Assembly: GCA_003693705.1 (NCBI GenBank)
Contig: RBZT01000729.1
Coordinates: 1 to 64,000, forward strand
DNA from: Polymyxa betae A26-41
Taxonomy: Eukaryota; Protista; Endomyxa: Phytomyxea
Direction: 5' to 3'
DNA length: 64,000 bases
Under the pieces are notes generated by a model that saw nothing but the letters and a program-made list of their open reading frames with translations, was not told the origin of the DNA and made no database searches. Numbering within the stretch: position 1 is the first letter of the stretch; each line of letters begins with the position of its first letter. This document shows, in pieces, positions 50,704 through 62,899 of this stretch. The position numbers and the translations under genes were made by a program.

Positions 50704-51460
50704 GGCGAAGGAGTCGGTCGACTAGGTCGATCAGACGAGTTATGTATGTTGAAGTAGAGAAAGAGGCTGAAGACACCTTATTGTAACACGCACAAACCTT
50801 CAAACCCTTCTCTTTCGAATTGCTTCACTTTCAGGCCGCGCATCGTCTCATCAGTTCAGTCCCAACTCCAACTTCCTGCTGATCTCGTCGTTGATTCTAA
50901 TAATTGATTTCGTCACATCCAATGCAAGTATGCTTTTTTGAATTTACTGTACATAAAAATAACCCTTAGTTAAATCGAAACATCGCCGAATTTGGGAGCC
51001 AGTTCCAGTTTTATTCAATCCGAAATGCAAGAGGCAGCTGGTGTTACTGCGATTTTGCCTGATCTGGAACAATTGTATTTTTCTAGAATAAAAACGCAAG
51101 AAATCGTCCACAGAAAAGAGCAACCCACCGATTATTAGTACACCACTAATAACCACTGATATCCGATAGTACACTTTCGCTGTCAGGTCAAACTTCAAGT
51201 AGCAGACTAGCAAGCGGAGGTTCGCGTGCCCGTGAGTCATCACAAGTGAACGATCTTGATTGTCTATCATTTGGTCTCTGTGTACCCTAAAATCGATTCG
51301 ATCATTATCTGTGTTCGGTTCTAGGTGCAAATCCGTTCGTGAGACCAGTGAAATTGCCGAACAGCGACAAGCCCTTATCGTCGACATCTCTATCGCTGTG
51401 AATAGCAAATAGGTACCGTCCACAACCAGAACCGATAGAGCTGCATACTGATCGAGGACA

Positions 51461-52409
51461 ATGCTTGAACCACCGATAGAGAACCGAATTCGAATCAGGA
51501 CGCTTTCTTGCCAGAAAGTGCAGCAGGTCTTCGTCGTGCAATGGAAACTAGATTCTTCACTAGGCAAGCGGCCGAGGGAAATCATTCAGCTGGAAAACGT
51601 CCATGCTAAGCGTCGTCGCAAGCTATCGATGAGCTATCAGGATTGCAAGACGCCAGGTAATCAAGGTCGCTTGGCAACTAAGAAAGTTGTGATAAATCGG
51701 CAAGCGGAGCATGCCGAAGAAGGTCCAGATCAGCTCAGTGCGCTGAGTGATGACTTATTGGCTCAAATTTTTCAATTCTTGGATTTTCCCTCTGTTTCTC
51801 GGACTGTCCCTCGAGCTTCAAAGCGACTTCACCAAGCTTCTCTTAGCAAACAGTTCACCAATTCTGTCAATCGTTTAACAATCAACGGGCCAGCTTTACG
51901 CTGGTTTTCTTCGCTATCTTTATGTAGGTTGCTTTCGAGGCTAGGGCAACTTCGCGAACTACGATTCACTGGATGTGGAGATGCTCTTGACGATAACGTG
52001 ATGAATGCGATAGCTTCAGGTGTTTCACGCCAACTTAAAAACCTTGATGTGGATTGGTGTGGTTCCGTTTCTGACGTAGGCGTAAATGCGGTGGTCAAAG
52101 CATGTCCCAACCTGGTCTGCTTTAACTTATTTAAGGGTCGTTCTGCGTCACGTGATGGACAAGATGTCACAGACGAGGCATTGCGTTTGATAAGCAAACG
52201 TTGCCCAAAGCTGAGGCGTCTTTGTTTAACGTATACGCAGCTGACCAAAAAAGGTATTCACTCTTTTGTACAGAGATTCGAACGTACTTGACTTATCGCT
52301 CTTAGGTATTAAACTGTTTGCTGAGGACACTCGTATGGTAGTCGTGAAATTGTTGTCTAACCGCTCTTTGTCGTGGGGGCCAACCTGCACCTTATTAGAA
52401 AAGAGATGA
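51461..52409 (+). CDS. F-box/LRR protein (start uncertain)
   Basis: F-box LSALSDDLLAQIFQFLD; Cys-containing LRRs (LKNLDVDWCGSVSDVGV, CPKLRRLCL). Confidence 0.85.
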
Positions 52410-52564
52410 CGTTTGCTTTTAATTTCGTTTTGTTACGTAATATGCATTAGATCTACAAATATTTCACCGAAGCGATAAAATATGAATAAAATATACAAAT
52501 TTTGCGACGCATTCCACGCTTGGTAATGACTGATGACTGATGACATTGCGGAAGGTTCCTTTTA

Positions 52565-53895
52565 TTATTGCGATAAGCACTTTCTAAAGAACCCAAATTC
52601 CTTGACGAAGTCCTTTTCGGAAAATGTACCAAGTAAGAATTCGGCTGTAAGGCGACTGGTGCCAATTAAAATCCGCTCAGCAGCGATTTTGGTTTTATGC
52701 AGGAGCTTAATGACGATGGGCGAGTATAAGTAAAGATCGCTGAAAGAAGCATGCCTTGCACCTTCGATTACCCAGACATTGATATTGGATTTATCTTTCG
52801 TGCTGGAGACAAAGTCACGGAAATAGTCGCTATCAGCCCATAACGAGGAGACAATGTGCAGCACTGGAATTGACTGCACTCTGCTTTCTTGAGAGAAGAC
52901 TTCTTTCCTTACTGGTTGGGCCCAAAGATCCAAAGCTACCGCAGCCACAAACCTGTTGTCAATGTGGGCGGTGGAGATAGCAGCAGCAGCTCCGAAAGAA
53001 TGTCCAACGACAAAAACGCGATTGGGATCGATCCTTGACCCAAGATCAAGGGCATTACTTCGGTCTTGCAAGATGGCAGTAAGAGCGCTGCGAAGCTCGC
53101 CAATTCGTTGGTCTAATTGAACCTTGCGATGTTCTAACGCTAAAGAATCCTCTTGTGGATGCGTGTAAAGCAGCAGATCTTGCTGATCCGGCAGCCTATA
53201 TGCAGCTGCGCTGCCATCGCTGTGGTTTACAGCAACAACAATGAATCCTCGAGACGCCCACTCCTCAATCAATGAGGAATAAACCTCGAAAGTTCCTCCA
53301 AGTCCTATCGGAAGGCAATAAGGACAGTGGATAAGTAATACAAAAATTGTTAACCGTGGCTGAACATTATCAGAGGACAACGATCTTTCAGGTTCGAATA
53401 GAAAGGAGCTTCCCTATAAGCTCGCAAACGAAAAGACGGCATATGGGATAAAAGAAAAGCTGGAACCCTTCCATATCTTGCCATTCCCATTGGTGTGTGA
53501 CCTTCCCATTCTAGATATCGAATGCTTTGTTCTTCTTTTTCCGGTTTCGTGCAAGGATAAAAGATCCGAGCGTCAACTCCAGATAAACGAGTTGTGATGC
53601 AGCTGATACGATACTGTCCCGATAGGTCGGGAAATCGTGCGATAGGGTGAACCAAGATGAAAAGAAGCGTCAATAAAAGAAGAAACAAACGAAACTCTTT
53701 TAGATGCCGGATGAATCCAAAACGAGAAAGAACGCCCAGCCCAGCGGAGACATAAAACGATGACAGCGCACGCCTCCATTGATGATGCCGAAGTAAAATA
53801 ATAATGGCAGTTGAGGTTATCACTGATGCCGCTTCTAGCAGGTCAACAAACCCAAGCGCTAAAAGCAGGTATTCCATCCATCGCGGTTCCAGCAT
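52565..53895 (-). CDS. PAF-acetylhydrolase-like alpha/beta hydrolase with N-terminal TM segments
   Basis: PLIMFSHG|LGG, ASRGFIVVAVNHSDGSA, GHSFGA nucleophile elbow, ALDLW, GARHASFSD. Confidence 0.87.
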
Positions 53896-54230
53896 CGGTG
53901 CCTAACAGTAATACGTGCTTAACCAACTGGCTGCGCAACGATTATTTTCTTCAAGGCTTTTGTTAGCGCCGGGGAGGAATTGCTTCATGACTGCTTCCTC
54001 AAAATGCTATCACCTGCAGCCAGCTATTCTTGCATGGCGTTCTGTAATTGCAAACGATCAAGTGATTACAGATATTCAGATTGTTTGTAACAATTTAGCA
54101 ACACGTTACTGTTTCTGTACATCAGTGTGGTTGCGCGACCTGCTCATGTTCCCTTTTTTATCCTCTCTACAAGAGGGCGAAGCCAAAAGTGTGTCGGTCG
54201 GGAGGTTCTACTGGCGTACGTGAGCAATCT

Positions 54231-55342
54231 ATGAGGATAGTTATCTGCCTCACGGCCTCGATTGGAGTCATTATTTCTGGAAGTGCTTTGTTAGCGATCT
54301 GGTGGGCGAAGCACTCAACCAAAAGAAAATGGCAGCGTTCGCGCCATATTCTCATTGTCAACGAAGAGGAATTTAATGAGAAGAAACAGATTTTATACCG
54401 CTCTGGAAAATCGTCGCTCCAGGTAATGAATCAGGCATTTTGGGCTCCCCGCGATTTGTTAAGCGATTTCAAGGTCATTATGGACTTTGATTATACGATG
54501 ACCCAATATTACACTCCATCTGGTCATATAAGCACCAGCACGCATGGTGTATTTAGCCGATCAGGACTCTTACCACAATCTTTTATCGAAAAGGAAGCTT
54601 ACCTGTTCGAGAAATATTTCAAGTATGAAACGGATCCAACCCTGTCACCCGCCGAGCGTTTTAAGTATATGGAAGAATGGTGGCATCAGGCTCATGCCAA
54701 TCTTGTTCAACATAAGATGACCAAATATTTATTACGACAATGCATGGGGCCTCAAAAATCGACGATTTTATTAAGGCAGGGATGCCGAGAGGTTATCGAT
54801 TTGTTAGAGAAGCACGACATTCCTCTTTTAATATTCTCAGCTGGTATCGGCGACGTCATCGAAGAATTCTTCAGAAGGGATAACGTTCAGCCTTCGAATC
54901 TGCATATACTAAGTAATCGGATGGTGATGGATGACAATGGACTCGTAACCGGATTTCAAGAGCCGGTTGTACATCCAGGTAATAAAGCATTGCTGGTAGA
55001 CAGAGCTGCTCATGTTTTACATCCTGAAAGAGCTGCTTTCATTGTGGTTGGTGACCATATTCATGGTAACATTCCGTTGCTTTCCTTATAGAAAGAATGC
55101 TAATTTCTCTTAGATGCTTTAATGTGCGATTCCATTCCGTAAGTAAAATCGTGATAAGCGCCGCTTCTTCGTTGCCTTATTTGTACCGCAGATATGCTGA
55201 GGTTCACCTGAAGATCGGATTGCTCAATACCGACATCGAGGCCAGGCTCGATCACTTCAAAGAAGTCTATGACGTCATTATTATTGACGACGGCCCGCTA
55301 GACTTCCTCTATGATATTGTCAAAGAAATTATAATGAACTGA
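54231..55342 (+). CDS. Cytosolic 5'-nucleotidase III / pyrimidine 5'-nucleotidase (HAD), with N-terminal TM anchor
   Basis: VIMDFDYTMT, MEEWW, LLIFSAGIGD, ILSNRM, VVGDHIHD, LKIGLLN. Confidence 0.9.
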
Positions 55343-55510
55343 TTTATGGATTCCTTGAATGTACAGTGTAATATTATTACCCTTCAATCAATGTGTTGCT
55401 TTGATGCAGCAAGTGTTATTATATTTATACTGTATTATGTACTAAACAGCGCACTAAAGTGAGAGCAGTAGCACCATAATCGCTGTTACGTCTTCGGAGC
55501 TTATTACGCG

Positions 55511-55552
55511 TCTTTCATTGTCAAACTCATCTTCTTTCATTGTCGAACTCAT
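55511..55552 (+). repeat. Near-perfect 20-nt direct repeat just upstream of IDH
   Basis: tctttcattgtcaaactcat / tctttcattgtcgaactcat. Confidence 0.8.
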
Positions 55553-55564
55553 TGTATAAAGCTC

Positions 55565-57305
55565 ATGTCGTCTGCCCGCATTACCAGCGCCATGCGCCGA
55601 GGTGAGTTTGGAAGCGAAATATATAGTAGCCTGCTCTGAAACATAGCTTTTTAGGATTCTCGACGCAATCTAAGATTGCAGTCGCCAATCCAGTTGTTGA
55701 GCTTGACGGTGACCTTAATGAAAGTTTTAAAATCTTTGCAATGAAACATGTACAGGTGATGAGATGACCCGTGTCATTTGGGCCTTGATTAAGGAAAAAT
55801 TGATTAACCCGTATCTGGATCTGGAAGTGAAATACTTTGATTTAAGTATCGAGAACCGTGAAGCTACTAAAGATCAGGTTACTGTTGATGCCGCTAAGGC
55901 CATCCTAAAGCACAATGTCGGCATTAAATGTGCTACAATTACTCCTGATGCCGCCCGTGTCAAGGAATTCAACCTGTAAGGATCGTTAATATTTGATTTG
56001 CCGCTTCTTGATAAAATGTCATTTGTAGCTCTAAAATGTGGCCAAGCCCAAATGGAACCATTCGAAACATTCTGAACGGAACTGTTTTCCGTGAGCCAAT
56101 TGTTTGTAGCAATGTCCCACGTTATATTCCCGGTTGGAAGAAGCCTATCGTCATCGGGCGTCATGCGTATGGTGATCAATACAAAGCCACTGACATCATC
56201 GTTGACGGTATCTCAACCAAACAAGTATAACTTCGTTCTGAAAACGCTCTAGGAAAGGGACGATTGGAATTGACTTTCACCCCAGAAGGAGGAAAGCCTC
56301 AGACCATGAAAGTATTCGACTTTCCTGAAGAGGGCGGTGTTGGTATGGCGATGTACAACACTACCGAGTCGATCAAGGGATTTGCTCATTCGTGTTTCCA
56401 ATACGCTCTTATGAAGCAATGGCCATTGTACGCTCATTCTTGTCGAGTTGTTCAATGTTTGTTCAATGTCTCATGATCGTGTGCAGATATCTCAGCACTA
56501 AGAACACTATCCTGAAGAAATATGATGGACAGTTCAAAGATATCTTCGAGGTAGCTTTAATTGTCTTGATTATTTCAGTTTTCTCATGTGCCAAAGGAAA
56601 TCTACGAGCAGGACTACAAGAGCAAATTTGCTGAGCTTGATATCGAATATCAGCATCGCTTAATCGATGACCAGGTCGCCCAAGCCGTCAAAAGCGAAGG
56701 AGGGTTCGTTTGGGCTTGCAAGAACTATGATGGAGACGTCCAGAGCGATATTGTGGCCCAAGGATACGGCTCGTTGGGATTGATGACCAGTGTTCTTATC
56801 ACTCCTGATGGGAAGACGATGGAATCCGAGGCTGCCCATGGTACTGTCACCCGACACTGGCGCTATTATCAGCAAGGCAAAGAAACCTCGACGAACCCGA
56901 TCGCTTCCAGTTAAGGACATGATCCAAATTGTTTTCCGATTTTCAAATGCCTGTTAGTCTTTGCCTGGACTCGAGGGTTGGCTCATCGTGCGAAACTTGA
57001 TTCTAATGATCAACTGATGAAGTTTTGCACCACGCTTGAAGATGTACACGATCTCATGCTTTTTCGTTAGTGCAGTTTGTTAATAAGATTGGTTAGGTGT
57101 GTGTTAAATCGATTGAGAACGGGCAAATGACGAAGGATTTGGCATTGTTGGTTTACGGTCCCAAGATGTCTCGCAAGAACTACCTGTAAACGCTTAGAGA
57201 CAATGATATCTATTTCGTCTATGCTAATGTTTGTTGTTCAGGGAAACCAAAGAGTATCTATCCGTTTTGGGCGAAAATCTTCAAAATGCATTGTCTGAAC
57301 AGTGA
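55565..57305 (+). CDS. IDH: NADP-dependent isocitrate dehydrogenase with a short presequence
   Basis: [83 protein letters not shown]. Confidence 0.96.
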
Positions 57306-57352
57306 TTTTACTGATTACAGCTCCTTTCTTTGCCCTTCCTGATAGCGCTGTC

Positions 57353-57780
57353 TTAAAGCATGTCGTCAAATGCCGATTTTGTTATTGTAGTGTTTAGACT
57401 GAAATTGCGATATGTGAAGTGGAATTGCTGAGCCATTTCAACTAGATAGAGCATGATACCAACCTTTTACCAACCTTTGTGAACGAGTTCGATTTTGGGA
57501 CGTAGCGGAAGGGCATCGTTTCCTGTCAATTGTTTAGCTCTGATATTCGTAAAACATAATCGTCAGTACTGATGTCATGGGTGTGTTTCCGATAATATTG
57601 CTAGACGTTTCGTACAGGGGATGCTGCCGTGGTCGAGTTATTGAAGGTCCTTGCTCAACTGAACATTCACATCGTGAATATTGCTTGTATTAGCGCATTC
57701 CGATTGATCTTACCTAATTTGGCGAATCGGTTCGGGAGCTGAATCTCGGCATTCTTCTTGGTATTCTGCTCACTTTCCAT
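57353..57780 (-). CDS. PIERCE1/2 (FAP182, DUF4490)-like ciliary microtubule inner protein, 4 exons, absent from the ORF track
   Basis: Splicing three GT-AG introns gives MESEQNTKKNAEIQLPNRFAKLVEQGPSITRPRQHPLYETSSNIIGNTPMTSETMPFRYVPKSNSFTKQFHFTYRNFSLNTTITKSAFDDML*. LP.RF, HPLY.TS...G, MP..Y.PKSN.F and YRN.SLN match PIERCE motifs. Confidence 0.8.
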
Positions 57781-58274
57781 AATGTCGGATTGGAACAAGA
57801 TTCTTACCGATCGTCAAGTACCAGCTGGGTGGAGTAATCGGTATAATGGTTTAATAATTAGATTTTTAGCGGTAAATTACTTTTTTGGCAATATTAAATG
57901 AGATCAAATCTGTTTACGATTTCATCTGAAACCATGAATTAAGTGGAAGATCCAAAATCTGCTGCAATTGTCATCGCTCTCAACCTAAATATATATACCA
58001 TGCAGCCTCTTTATCACCCGCCGACTGTTGGCAAGCAAAAAACGACCTGAGAGTTACCGTTTCCAACTGGAATTTCAAAATATATTTTGGGTATTTCTTC
58101 GCAAGACATCACTTTTCTAAGTTAAAAGATTCGAGCAACCCACAGAATTTGGTATAATGCCATTGGAGATATTTCTCAGAATCCGCTCTGATTAACGTGA
58201 CCTTCCCAGATTAGGCACGCGTTCAGCAGTCAATTTACCAATCTCGTTGCTGTTGTTCAGCGTATCGTCCAAAG

Positions 58275-60768
58275 ATGGCGCAGAACAACACCAACGGGAA
58301 GATGCCTCTGTTCGAGCGCATGCTGACTTTAGATCCAGCCGATGTCGTTCAGCCATTAGCCATGAAAGCGAACGCCCTGTATCTAGCCTTAACACCAACC
58401 AGCATTGCCCAGGCCGCCACCGATGTCGGCGAGAACGATACAACAGGCGCCGTCTACGATATGCTGCGCGATTGGAAGGTTTGCTGATCATTATCATTTT
58501 TTCACAGCTTTAAAAGCGTTGCAGTACACAGAGCAATGGGCGGAACGAGCCATTCTGTCGTTTCGACGCTCGGAATCGGAGCAGCAGATGGCTGCAGTCG
58601 AATGGATCGCGTCGCTGATGAGGACCTGCAAAAGTGCTGGCGATCTACACCATGCTTCGGCCCTTCTGGCCGCCTTGCAGCACCCTGCCATAATTAGGCT
58701 GCCGGAGGTTCATGATGCCTTTAACTCCCAGCTTGGTAAAACTCAGGTCGGGATATTACCCGATTAAACGCCTCCAATAACCATTTTTAGATGCAAGCAA
58801 CGGTTGACATTATCACGAAGGACAAGGCGTATGTAGAATATCTCCAGCGACGCCTCGAGAAGCATACAGCGACGACACCGATCCTACGCATTCTAATGGA
58901 TCACCTGCGAGCGATAGCGCGACGTAACTCTGTCCCGGAAGACGGCAAGAACTCGAAGCTGATCAGGATGTTTGCGTCTTTCCATGGCAATGCCGACGAG
59001 CACCCGAGCCAGCGAATTGATCAATTCCTGTCCTTCCAGACGTTTCCATTCGAATCGGCGCTGCAAAAGAAAGCGTTTCGGCGACGATCTGTCGAGAACT
59101 CGGCGACTGCAGCCGTCGCCCAATTCTTGAAGGAATCGTACGACGTTGGCGAGCAGACTTACGCCCAACCAAATCTGATCCTATCACTCTCCAATCGCCT
59201 TCTTCCTTGGCCAGAGGCCTTCACTAACGACACTCCTAACCGGCATCTCGTCGGTCGCTACATGTCTTCTATGAAACTGTCCAAGGCCTCCGTAGGTAAG
59301 AATCATTAGAGGGCTTGATAATGGAGCGCGGCCCTCCATCTGTTAGGGCCCTTCCTTTAGAGTCCAGACAACCTCGCCCAGTCTTCATTTTTACATTTGC
59401 TATTCAGGGCGTCATGGGAGTCTGTCTGCCGACGCGCGTTCTGCAGTCGAACGCTCGATATCGCTAAGCAACGAATCGCCGCTACATTCAATGTGCCAAT
59501 GCCTCTGGGGTGAGGATGGTAGCACGGCGAGCGCCAAGCGTGCCGCCCTGATCCCCGTCCTGGATGATCTTGTTATGCAGGCATCGCAATCGCCTTCTCA
59601 TTTCCCGACTGGCGAATGGGAAGCCGCTCTGATCGAGTCGTTGGCTATTCTCGAGCCCGAAGACGAGCGCTCATTCCGCTTGCTGGTCATCGTCGAGTCG
59701 ACCCTTCTCAATTGGCAGTTTGAGAATCGGGTCGGTGGTATCGCCGACCGACTTCGGTCAACATTCAACGAGCTCGTTGCGAGATTCGGGGCTGTTGACG
59801 ACGTCACCGACGTTCAACGGTTGATCTTATTTTCGTTGTGTTCTCGAGTATCGCATCATGTTGCTGATTGGAGGAACAATCCCGACAGTCCTCAATGGTC
59901 TAATTTGAAAGAACTCATGCAGTTTGTAATTGGGGTCGTATTCGTTGAAGACGGTCCGCTCGTATTTGCTTCAGTCGATGCCCTATACGATCAAGGTCGG
60001 TGCTTGGATGAAGGCCTGCTACTGATCTGCAACGATATCTTATATAAGGCGCTTAAGATCAACCTCGACTCTTCCACCGATTCTCGCAGCCATTTGCGAA
60101 AGAATTTGGCGGCTCTACGATCATCGCAAGCTGTCATCAAAGAGTCAGTTGCGACATTGGAATTTATTAAATCGATCAAGGCCGAAGATCGTCAGTCAGA
60201 GCTTTTTCCCGCTGTTAAAAACATCCGGCGAATTCTCGTTGAAAGCCGCAAATCGGTCGACCACACAAGCGGCGTCGCCGCTCGCCTCAAAAATTTGATT
60301 CCTTTCAAATCATCGTCGTCGCCTGTTGCGAACCGAAAGGAGGGTGATCCAAAGGCGAAGCGGGGCTCGCTGGTGATGTCGCAATCGGGGACAATAGGGA
60401 AGTTGGCAAGGCAGGCGCTGGCTGAGAGTATCGAACGCCATCGAAACCATCGAAATGCACCTGCTGTGATCAGAAGAATATCGCAGAAGCGGGATATCCG
60501 AAGAAAGTCGTTAAGCGAAATTGAGCAACCAGCGGCCGCGTCGCCGCCGACCGTTCATGAGCAGCAGGCGGAGTCGCCATCGCAGAATTCGCAGACTCAT
60601 TCCACTCATTCGCGACGACGATCATCATTCCCGAATCGGATCGTGTTGGATCTTCCTGCAGCGAGCAGCAGTATGTCAGATGATGATGTTAGCGACTCTG
60701 AAGAGGACGTTACCGCGAAGCCACAGGCGACATCGGGCAATGAAATTGCCATGCTCCTTTTGCAATAA
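58275..60768 (+). CDS. Protein with a divergent N-terminal RasGEF (CDC25-like) domain, helical middle and Ser-rich tail
   Basis: LTLDPADVVQPLAM..LY; WIASLMRTCKSAGDLHHASALLAALQHPAIIRL resembles the RasGEF SCR2 (NNFNSLMAIVSAL..SPISRL). Confidence 0.6.
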
Positions 60769-61638
60769 ACCACCTGCTGCGTTCATACCGAAGATCTCTG
60801 TTCCAATACGCTTTGAGGAAGGATGCCGAACATCATGCTCCGGAATTGATGCCTCAATCGACTCATTATATTTGTTCTAGCTACCAATACGCATGGCTTC
60901 GAATGTCTGAATTGCTTGCTGATGAACTGACACTCAGAGTTTTCCAGCACGCGACGATTTTGGCTAGAAAGATACGCGTCAATTCACGAGGTTCATTGTT
61001 GTCTTTGCTGGCCCGTTTGGTTTCTTCTTCAAAGCTATGCAACAGAATTGGCAACAGCGAGTACCGCGTTTCTGATATAAAGCTAATCGAAAACTTGACA
61101 TGTTACAGAATGTGATAAAGAATTTAAAGCCAAAAAGAATCCAAAGCCAATGGAAATGATGAATCGAGGTCGTTGATTTTATGGAAGAGCAGTATCTGGA
61201 TTGAGATCACTCCAGAAGGTGAAGCAATTCGGAGATCAACAACACTACCTAAGCGCATAGATTGCCCAATGGATGCATTCGAGATTGCCTCATTGAGGAC
61301 ATCACGCAGACGGCCGAGGACAGATGAATGGTGTTGAGATTTTACAGTTTACAAGGTTGAGGTTGAGGTCCAACATTTCTTGATTCTTTTAAGCCATTGA
61401 GGATCGATGACGAGGACCGACAAGCCTCAACATTAGTTACTTCGACTGGAATTTGGATTGTAATCTCGACATTCTATGTCTGTGGATTGAACCGACTTTC
61501 TGAAGTAATTATCGATATAAAACTGCTAGATTACACTCGCAATCCAACCCCAAATCGAGGCTTCGAATTTCAATTAACGATAGAACAAGCGGCTTGCAAG
61601 CATGAATTGCAGCGACCTTGGTTTGGATCGGAATAAAA

Positions 61639-62814
61639 ATGGAAACAAAATCCACCAATCTTGTCCATCGTCGATCGATCGGCCAAATATCTTCCGTTCA
61701 AAGGATGGAACGCCTCAGCGACCCTCAATGGATCTCGAGCGTCTTCGACGAGGCCGGGGTCGAGTTCGAAGTCGTCTCGTTATTAACTCCCGATGTCCTC
61801 CTGAACGAGAACCTACGCGACAAAGTCGGCGAGGAGATCGCCTATATGATCCATGAGCATCTCGAGCTCGAGATGCGCTACCGATCGTTGCTAGGTGAAT
61901 CGGATGACGCCGGCTTACGTCCCAGCGATCAGCTGTTCGATTGCTCGCTACAGCTTTGCGATTCGCTGCGAGCGTTATGTCGGCGATTTCGAGCTGCACC
62001 TCATCTGTTGAAGAACATTGATCGAACGAGACGCCCTCATGACGCGTCCTGGTATACAGTTCTGCAACAGGTCGCCAAATTCTTTCAAATGACACGAACG
62101 AAGCTGCTTTCATACGCCGACGACGAGAATTCGTCAGCCGATAAGCAGCTGGACGATCTGAATGCGACAATACACGAGGAGCGGCAGCGCGAGCATGAAT
62201 TAACAAAGTCGTTGATGAAGCAGAAATCGGAGCATGGCATCAAAATGGCACAATGCACAGCGAATATCGAGAAGCTACAACGAGAGATACAGAAAGCCAA
62301 GTTAGCGTTGACCAACCGCTCGACGAGATTGGAAAACGAGACCAAGACCGCATTGAATGACCTGAATCAAGAGAAAGAGGGCGATCAACCGCGAGTAGTT
62401 CAGGTTCAAGAAATTACAAAGAAGGCGGAAGCGTTGAAGGTTGAAGGTATGGAACGCGAGAATAAGCTGAGAAAAGAGATCAGGCGAGTCTATCTGGAGA
62501 CCGACGATCATATCGCCAAGTATGACGAAGCCATGATCAAGATGACGGCCGAGATCGAATCGTTAACGGCAGCATATGAGACGGATATGGTGAAGGTGAA
62601 GGAGATGCGGACTCTGGCCGAGGCGTTAATCAGGGAGCGAGAGACATATGAAGAACAGATTCGAGAAATGAAGAGGAAGATTGAAGAGGAAGAGCGATTG
62701 CGGAATGACAGCGCTGTTAAGATTCAGAGCTTGTATAAAGGATGGAAGACACGCAAAGACCTCGCCAAAGCCAAATCCAAATCGAAAGGAAAAGGCAAAA
62801 AGAAATCCAAATGA
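61639..62814 (+). CDS. DRC10: Dynein regulatory complex subunit 10 (IQCD)-like
   Basis: QWISSVFDE..EVVSLL, SLRALCRRFR, long coiled coil, IAKYDEAM, IQ motif KIQSLYKGWKTRK, Lys-rich tail. Confidence 0.8.
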   Translation: METKSTNLVHRRSIGQISSVQRMERLSDPQWISSVFDEAGVEFEVVSLLTPDVLLNENLRDKVGEEIAYMIHEHLELEMRYRSLLGESDDAGLRPSDQLFDCSLQLCDSLRALCRRFRAAPHLLKNIDRTRRPHDASWYTVLQQVAKFFQMTRTKLLSYADDENSSADKQLDDLNATIHEERQREHELTKSLMKQKSEHGIKMAQCTANIEKLQREIQKAKLALTNRSTRLENETKTALNDLNQEKEGDQPRVVQVQEITKKAEALKVEGMERENKLRKEIRRVYLETDDHIAKYDEAMIKMTAEIESLTAAYETDMVKVKEMRTLAEALIRERETYEEQIREMKRKIEEEERLRNDSAVKIQSLYKGWKTRKDLAKAKSKSKGKGKKKSK

Positions 62815-62899
62815 GACGTAGTTCGTTTGCTGCTAAAATTACAAATAAAACAACACTTTTCGAAACTTCATGAAGATCTGTACAAGATGATGACAAGAT

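Noticed and set aside
57577-57716. Plus-strand spliced mini-ORF MGDAAVVELLKRIPIDLT
   Set aside because: The minus-strand model gives a longer protein with recognisable PIERCE motifs; the plus-strand one is most likely chance.
59292-59407. Tandem donors GTAG|GTAAG as a truncation switch in the RasGEF-like gene
   Set aside because: The strong donor at 59296 can pair in frame with the acceptor at 59407, so no switch is required.
60769-61638. Possible hidden gene between the RasGEF-like gene and DRC10
   Set aside because: Protein-like fragments and splice-like signals occur on both strands, but no stop-free spliced model could be built.
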